Below, in pieces: positions 58,992 to 64,000 of a stretch of 64,000 nt of DNA (its first letter is position 1; each line of letters begins with the position of its first letter). This DNA comes from Bacteroidales bacterium. Lineage in GTDB: Bacteria; Bacteroidota; Bacteroidia; Bacteroidales; UBA10428. The notes under the pieces are model-generated. The model worked only from the letters and a program-made list of their open reading frames with translations, did not search any database and was not told the DNA's origin. The position numbers and the translations under genes were made by a program. Location of the stretch: assembly GCA_965230395.1 (NCBI GenBank), contig CBDDKV010000002.1, forward strand, positions 1,920,947 to 1,984,946, read 5' to 3'.

Positions 58992-59332
58992 GGTTGCTGA
59001 GTGGAACAAAAACCGGAACTTCAGGCTGAAGCATTTCAAAAAGCAGGTTCGAAGCAAAACTTTCCGGCTTTATAAACTAACATTAAACAGGAGTTGCAAA
59101 AAATAACGCAAACAGGGCTGGCCGGTTTTGAAGGAAATAAAAAAATATATACATTAGGTACGTTTAATAAAACACAGAAGGCATCAACAGCTGAATATAA
59201 GCATTTGCCAATTTATTACAAAAGCCTGGAGAGCTTATGTGACAGATTACCATAGATATTAACAAAATTCTACTTTGAAATGTATAGAAGAAATATCATT
59301 GCCTTTTTTAAAAGTTATGCTATTTTGTTGTT
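58986..59332 (+). repeat. noncoding module B (5'-truncated copy)
   Basis: It is homologous to module A from 50102 onward. It ends in ...TTTTAAAAGTTATGCTATTTTGTTG|TTGTGCTGC. Confidence 0.85.
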
Positions 59333-59389
59333 GTGCTGCATGCGAAGACATAGGCTCGTGACTATTAAACCGATTGATTATAAAAATTA

Positions 59390-59881
59390 ATGGAAAAATT
59401 CATTGAAATACTTGATAGTCCGATTTCATTAATTATTGGTGGGATAACGATGATTTTTGGAATAATTTTTCCGTTTAGAATTGCACTGATAAATTATAAA
59501 AAAGCAAAAGAAAGTAAATGTTGGTCAATGACCTCTGGATTGATTACAAAATCTAATATCAATTGTTACAAGGATAATGAAGGCACAAAAATGTATAAAC
59601 TAGATTTTGAATATTCATACCAGATTAATAATAAACAATATTTTTCAAAAGGCAGATTTTTAGATGAAGAGTACGGACAAAGTTGGATTGGAAAGCTACA
59701 ATATTTTGTGGACAATAATCAGATAAATCAAAATATCAAGGTGTATTATGACCCAAGAAAACCTGAAAAGTCTGTGGTAATTAAAGGATTAAAACCAAGA
59801 TACTATTTAATGATTTCGGTTTACTTTATTCTTATAGTATCCGGAGTTATATTGATTTCAATAGGACTAAATAAAATTTGA
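59390..59881 (+). CDS. DUF3592-like membrane protein
   Basis: An N-terminal TM helix and a C-terminal TM helix flank a beta-rich core with FEYSYQINNKQYFSKGRF...IKVYYDPRKPEKSVV, a pattern typical of DUF3592. Confidence 0.65.
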   Translation: MEKFIEILDSPISLIIGGITMIFGIIFPFRIALINYKKAKESKCWSMTSGLITKSNINCYKDNEGTKMYKLDFEYSYQINNKQYFSKGRFLDEEYGQSWIGKLQYFVDNNQINQNIKVYYDPRKPEKSVVIKGLKPRYYLMISVYFILIVSGVILISIGLNKI

Positions 59882-59898
59882 AAAAGTAAAAAGCACTA

Positions 59899-60030
59899 CA
59901 GCACACACAATGTGTATAATTCATAAGGGGTTCAGTAGTTTGCGAACAATATCACTCGCATCAATTTTTGGTAGTAATTTGATAGGTTTAAAGCTCGCAA
60001 TCCCTTACGAAATCAAAAACTCAACTTGGT
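59899..60030 (+). repeat. attC-like site, long type (S6)
   Basis: The first box CAGCACACAC is complementary to the cassette start GTTGTGCTG (59330-59338) with a one-nt bulge. The left arm ATTCATAAGGGGTT pairs with AATCCCTTACGAAAT. The motif TTTGATAGGTTTAAAGCTCGCAAT is present. The junction lies near 60025. Confidence 0.65.
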
Positions 60031-60047
60031 AACAGATTACCTCAGCA

Positions 60048-60238
60048 ATGAAACCAATCAATAAAGATTAATATTGTGCATGTTGTGGTTATGACACATA
60101 TGATAAATTAGTATATTACAATTGTCCAATTTGTTTTTGGGAGGATGATCCATTCCAATTGAGGACGATGATTTTACCAATGGTGCAAATAATGTTTCAT
60201 TAAAGACAGGTCAAGAGAATTTTGAGAGATTTGATTAG
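60048..60238 (+). pseudogene. CPCC-family cysteine-rich protein, disrupted
   Basis: It reads MKPINKD-stop(60069)-YCACCGYDTYDKLVYYNCPICFWEDDPFQL. After a 1-nt frameshift near 60160 it continues EDDDFTNGANNVSLKTGQENFERFD-stop. Confidence 0.6.
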
Positions 60239-60341
60239 GAATTGCAGAAAACCAAACAACGAGGACAATAGAAAACCAAATTGGACTGATTGAAATAATT
60301 AAAGAATAACTTCAAGGACCAATTATTAATAAATAGATTTC

Positions 60342-60836
60342 ATGTTTAAGATATTTAAAAAGCAAAAAAAAGACAAGCAATTTGATAGTTTCGATAAACC
60401 AAGATTTGATGAGAAGATTCAATCAGAACAGTTGATTTACTCAAGGCCATCTGATGATTTCTACAATGATTTATTGGAGTTATTAATCCCAAGCTTTTTT
60501 AATGAATCAAATCCAATTCATAAAAAGTTTGATGAGGAGTTTAGAAGTAATATCTCTGAATTATCCATTCTATTTAATGATATATTAGAAAGTGGACTCC
60601 AAACTGATACAATTGATAAGTTTTATTTGAGAATAGAGCATCTAGCCAAAAAGGAAAGAGAGGTCCCATTTATAACTTCACAAACATTATTGTACTGGTA
60701 TCATTTTATTCAAAATATTAAGATTGAGGTAAGTTCAAGAATTGGCGATAATGCCATAAACAAGTGTGATATTCTATCTGATAAGATTAAGCAATTGTTT
60801 GAGGATTTTAGAAAAAAAAACAGCCATAAAAAATAA
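60342..60836 (+). CDS. hypothetical protein
   Basis: 164 aa, predicted soluble and helical, with no motif recognised. Confidence 0.55.
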   Translation: MFKIFKKQKKDKQFDSFDKPRFDEKIQSEQLIYSRPSDDFYNDLLELLIPSFFNESNPIHKKFDEEFRSNISELSILFNDILESGLQTDTIDKFYLRIEHLAKKEREVPFITSQTLLYWYHFIQNIKIEVSSRIGDNAINKCDILSDKIKQLFEDFRKKNSHKK

Positions 60837-60842
60837 CGTGTG

Positions 60843-61316
60843 CCAATGAATAAGACTACGAGCGGTCGGCACGGCCCGGCGATGCGTCCCGGTTGAACTG
60901 CATCCAGGTTACTACAACCCTATTCGTATTTTACTAAACGATATTGTTGCAGGAAGATTGACCTGGGCAACGTAAGTGGGTTGCTGAGTGGAACAGAAAC
61001 CGGGACTTCAGGCTGAAGCATTTCAAAAAGCAGGTTCGAAGCAAAACTTCCCGGCCTTATAAACTAACATTAAACAGGAGTTGCAAAATAACGCAAATAG
61101 GGCTGACCGGTTTTGAAGGAAATAAAAAAAACATACATTAGGTACGTTTAATAAAACACAGAAGGCATCAACAACCGAATATGAGCGTTTGCCAATTTAT
61201 TACAAAAGCCTGGTGAGCTTATGTGTCAGATTACCATAGATGTTAACAAAATTCTACTTTGAAATGTATTGAAGAAATATCATTACCTTTTTTAAAAGTT
61301 ATGCTATTGGGTTGTT
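60843..61316 (+). repeat. noncoding module C (full-length copy)
   Basis: It is collinear with module A and has a 12-nt insertion near its 5' end. It ends in ...TTTTAAAAGTTATGCTATTGGGTTG|TTGCAGC. Confidence 0.85.
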
Positions 61317-61419
61317 GCAGCTAATGCCAAGAAAGAGAGCAGTGCGGAGATAAACACCACTATTCTCATTAAATACGCGGGGAATAATTTGTATATTTAC
61401 CGCATAATGATAAAAGTTT

Positions 61420-62529
61420 ATGGCAAAATATATCTATGAATATGACAACTGGCCAGAATTCACCTGGGATAACAAGAGGGTTGTTGTGACCTTAGGGAAA
61501 GTTCGTCATCTGCAAGGAAAGATTTTAGGACAAATGAGTGCACTTGGTTTTTCAATAAAAGAGGAAACAATTTTATCTGCTTTGACACTTGATGTTTTGA
61601 AATCTTCTGAGATAGAAGGTGAATTTCTAAATCAAGAACAAGTTCGCTCTTCAATAGCAAGAAGACTTGGTTTGGGTTATGCAGGCATTGTTCATGTTGA
61701 CAGGAATGTGGAAGGAGTTGTAGAAATGATGCTTGATGCAACACAAAGATATGATGCAATTCTTGACCATGAACGAATTTTTGGCTGGCATGCAGCCTTA
61801 TTTCCTACAGGTTGGAGTGGAATGCATCGGATTGACACAGGATGTTATCGTGATGGAGAAATGCAAGTTGTATCAGGTCCGATGGGAAAAGAAAAAATAC
61901 ATTTTCAAGCTCCTTCAGCTAAAGTGGTTCAAAAGGAAATGGACGCGTTTTTAAACTGGCTTAACAAAGAAACTGATATAGATGGTGTTCTAAAAGCAGC
62001 AATTGCACACTTTTGGTTTATAATAATCCACCCTTTCGATGATGGAAATGGACGTATTGCCAGAGCAATATCAGACATGTTACTTGCTCGTTCAGAGGAA
62101 AGTTCTCAGAGATTTTATAGCTTATCGGACCAGGTTCTAATTGAGAAAAAAAAATATTATGAGATATTGCAAAAAGTTCAGCATAGCTCTTGTGATATAA
62201 CTGATTGGTTGGATTGGTTTTTAAATTGTTTGTTTCGTGCATTGGAGAACACAGAAGAAACATTGAAACGAGTGCTGAAAAAAGCAGACTTTTGGGATAA
62301 AAACAAAGAGACAATTCTGAATAGTAGGCAAAGATTAATATTGAACAAATTATTTGATGGATTTGATGGCAAATTAAAATCATCTAAATGGGCTAAGATT
62401 ACTAAATGTTCAGCTGATACTGCACTAAGAGACATAAAAGATTTGATTGATAAAGGAATTTTAAAACAAGAAGAATCAGGTGGCCGAAGCACAAATTACG
62501 AATTAACGGAAGAATGGAGAATGCACTAG
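61420..62529 (+). CDS. Fic-family protein
   Basis: The Fic motif HPFDDGNGRIARA is present, preceded by the long N-terminal helical domain common in ~370-aa Fic proteins. A C-terminal winged-helix-like tail follows. Confidence 0.9.
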   Translation: MAKYIYEYDNWPEFTWDNKRVVVTLGKVRHLQGKILGQMSALGFSIKEETILSALTLDVLKSSEIEGEFLNQEQVRSSIARRLGLGYAGIVHVDRNVEGVVEMMLDATQRYDAILDHERIFGWHAALFPTGWSGMHRIDTGCYRDGEMQVVSGPMGKEKIHFQAPSAKVVQKEMDAFLNWLNKETDIDGVLKAAIAHFWFIIIHPFDDGNGRIARAISDMLLARSEESSQRFYSLSDQVLIEKKKYYEILQKVQHSSCDITDWLDWFLNCLFRALENTEETLKRVLKKADFWDKNKETILNSRQRLILNKLFDGFDGKLKSSKWAKITKCSADTALRDIKDLIDKGILKQEESGGRSTNYELTEEWRMH

Positions 62530-62707
62530 TGTCAAGTCAATTCTCGATTGACGGATGGGGTTACTCCCTATCGTCCGTGAGACCGCTAACGTTAAGTTCC
62601 TTCGTCGTGCCTCCTCTGAATGACGTTATAGCGATATTGAGGGACGAAAGAGAAGCAACCGGGGCCATTTTAATGGCAGGGCTCACCTGCCAACGCATGA
62701 CTGAACT

Positions 62708-62860
62708 GACTGCAATAAAGCACGAAACGCTAATGCGCGGTCATAAAACATTGCGCGGATAGTGCTATATTTGTATGAAATAACATTTAATCAACAGCTT
62801 AGCGGGTTGATAAGTTTGTGCTTTGAAATGCGCAATGTTTCATGCCGCAGGCCGTTGTGG
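62708..62860 (+). repeat. attC-like site, long type (S3)
   Basis: The arms GCGGTCATAAAACATTGCGC and GCGCAATGTTTCATGCCGC form a near-perfect inverted repeat. The central hairpin is ATCAAC...GTTGAT and the motif is TTGATAAGTTTGTGCTTTGAAAT. The junction G|TTGTGG is at 62854. A possible first box CTGCAA at 62709 matches the cassette start TTGCAG, but this match is weak. Confidence 0.7.
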
Positions 62861-63044
62861 GCAATAGGGCGAATCACTCCGACAAACTAAAATCATGACA
62901 AATAAACAGATAGAAAAAGATTTTGCAAAAAGTAATACAGACTGATTAATAAATTTATAACACTTAATAAACTACTAAAAGACAAGATTAATATTAATAA
63001 ACGGAGAATCAATTAAAATCATAAATCACATCGAAATTAAGAAA

Positions 63045-63530
63045 ATGAAAAACTTTGCAATTATTTTAAGCATTTTGACAATATGTTTATCCAACACTTT
63101 TGCACAAACTGAGAATGATTCAATTACTATAAAAAAAGTATTTGGAGGGTATCAATTTTATCAAGGAGAGCAAAGGCTTAACATGAATAAACTGGTTAAT
63201 ACAATGAAACCAAATGAGGAAGCCTATAAGCAAATTAAATCAGCTCAATCAACTTATACAATGGCAACGATTTTTAGTTGTGCAGGTGGGTGTATGGTTG
63301 GTTGGCCACTTGGAACCGCAATGGGTGGGGGTGAACCTAACTGGATAATGGCTGGTATTGGAGCAGGTCTGATTGTTGTGACAATTACGATTAGTCAGAG
63401 TTTTAACAAAAAAGCAAAACAAGCTGTTGACACTTTTAATGGAGGATTACAGACATGTTCGTTTTGGGATAAAAATGAACTTAACTTAACAATGACAGGA
63501 AATGGAATTGGGCTGACTTTGAACTTCTAA
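63045..63530 (+). CDS. secreted/membrane glycine-zipper protein, unknown function
   Basis: It has a signal peptide (MKNFAIILSILTICLSNTFAQ) and a Gly-rich hydrophobic region (GGCMVGWPLGTAMGGGEPNWIMAGIGAGLIVV). Confidence 0.65.
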   Translation: MKNFAIILSILTICLSNTFAQTENDSITIKKVFGGYQFYQGEQRLNMNKLVNTMKPNEEAYKQIKSAQSTYTMATIFSCAGGCMVGWPLGTAMGGGEPNWIMAGIGAGLIVVTITISQSFNKKAKQAVDTFNGGLQTCSFWDKNELNLTMTGNGIGLTLNF

Positions 63531-63545
63531 TAAGTACTGCCTAAT

Positions 63546-63714
63546 TATTGTATGTAAGTCTTTACAGTCATCGTATTTAAGTAGCGAAAGAGTGGTGGTT
63601 TTCATTGTTGACTAGCTTTATGTATAAATTAATCTTATCCCACCACTCTTCCATTCTTTTAATTTTATTATAAAAACAAGAAATTGCAAACTTAGGAGGT
63701 ATAAAAAACATAAG
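63546..63714 (-). mobile_element. internally deleted relic of IS110-family element #1 that retains the left-end noncoding region
   Basis: 63548-63572 matches 42911-42936, which is internal transposase coding sequence. It is joined directly to a copy of 43370-43522, the whole left-end noncoding region ending ...AAAAAACATAAG. Confidence 0.75.
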
Positions 63715-63741
63715 AACGTACTACAAAATAAATAATATGAT

Positions 63742-64000
63742 ATGAAAAGATTATTTTACGGATTTCTGATTTTAATAATTGCAGGATGCGGACAGCAAAA
63801 TTCTAGTAATGATTCCAAGGATTTAAAATTTTCGTGGGATTTTAGTAAACCTCAAAAGTTGATTTACTCATATTCTCAGACTGTCAACAATGAGAATAAA
63901 ATGAGACGTGATGAGCCAGCCGACAAAACTTATATGACAGCAATTGGAAACCTTAATATTAAGATTAAGGAGAATAACTTAGCTGATTTGAGTTTGACAA
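63742..64000 (+). CDS. lipoprotein, unknown function (3' end off-window)
   Basis: The ATG at 63742 gives MKRLFYGFLILIIAGC, a lipobox signal. The frame stays open to the window edge. It is not in the supplied ORF track because no stop codon is reached. Confidence 0.6.
   Translation, partial: MKRLFYGFLILIIAGCGQQNSSNDSKDLKFSWDFSKPQKLIYSYSQTVNNENKMRRDEPADKTYMTAIGNLNIKIKENNLADLSLT

Noticed and set aside
62514-62762. 82-aa plus-strand ORF overlapping the fic stop codon and running into site S3.
   Set aside because: It spans the structured GC-richer spacer and the left arm of the attC-like site. It has no motif and an implausible composition, so it is most likely a chance ORF.
38769-62860. Possibility that the recurring repeats constitute a CRISPR array.
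   Set aside because: The repeats are 84-470 bp imperfect palindromes or modules, not 25-40-bp direct repeats. The spacers are 0.7-6.5-kb protein-coding segments. No cas genes are present.
38800-64000. Prophage or conjugative element as an explanation for the accessory region.
   Set aside because: There are no capsid, terminase, tail, portal, relaxase, T4SS or Tra-like genes. The cargo is a string of unrelated small ORFs with site-specific junctions, which fits a cassette array better.

Overview
The window looks like a Bacteroidota chromosome. The evidence is three T9SS C-terminal sorting domains, a CarboxypepD_reg-type TonB-dependent receptor, a GT3 glycogen synthase and POT peptide transporters.

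Positions 1 to ~37.9 kb are ordinary chromosome. They carry a Cache-type MCP that runs off the left edge, a Cys/Met-family PLP enzyme, iorAB, a GAF histidine kinase, two POT transporters, lhgO, nnr, pepD, glycogen synthase and glyA. This part also holds one unusual minus-strand locus (5.07-15.65 kb). In it, an orphan TonB-dependent receptor is surrounded by three T9SS-secreted proteins that share an unassigned ~200-aa module, plus a beta-helix-like secreted protein.

From ~38.25 kb to the window end the sequence becomes visibly more AT-rich. It turns into a strictly plus-strand array of unrelated ORFs separated by imperfect-palindrome sites. I read this as an integron-type gene-cassette array of at least 12-13 cassettes. 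In five cassettes the first 8-10 nt after a G|TT junction are the reverse complement of the first box of the recombination site at that cassette's own 3' end.

The array starts with a 5'-truncated, frameshifted tyrosine-recombinase relic on the same strand as the cassettes, with XerD-like rather than IntI-like spacing. The ~45-nt site downstream of the relic recurs at the end of three ~350-470-bp noncoding modules inside the array.

The array is riddled with IS110-family insertions. There are two intact elements sitting in or at the recombination sites and two internally deleted relics. It also holds an IS91 transposase fragment.

Cassette cargo includes a 2014-aa alpha-2-macroglobulin-like protein with an embedded SusC-type CarboxypepD_reg+Plug segment, a Fic protein, a nitrilase-superfamily hydrolase, a SUFU-like protein, a YggL-like protein and many lipoproteins. 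No rRNA, tRNA or CRISPR array was seen.
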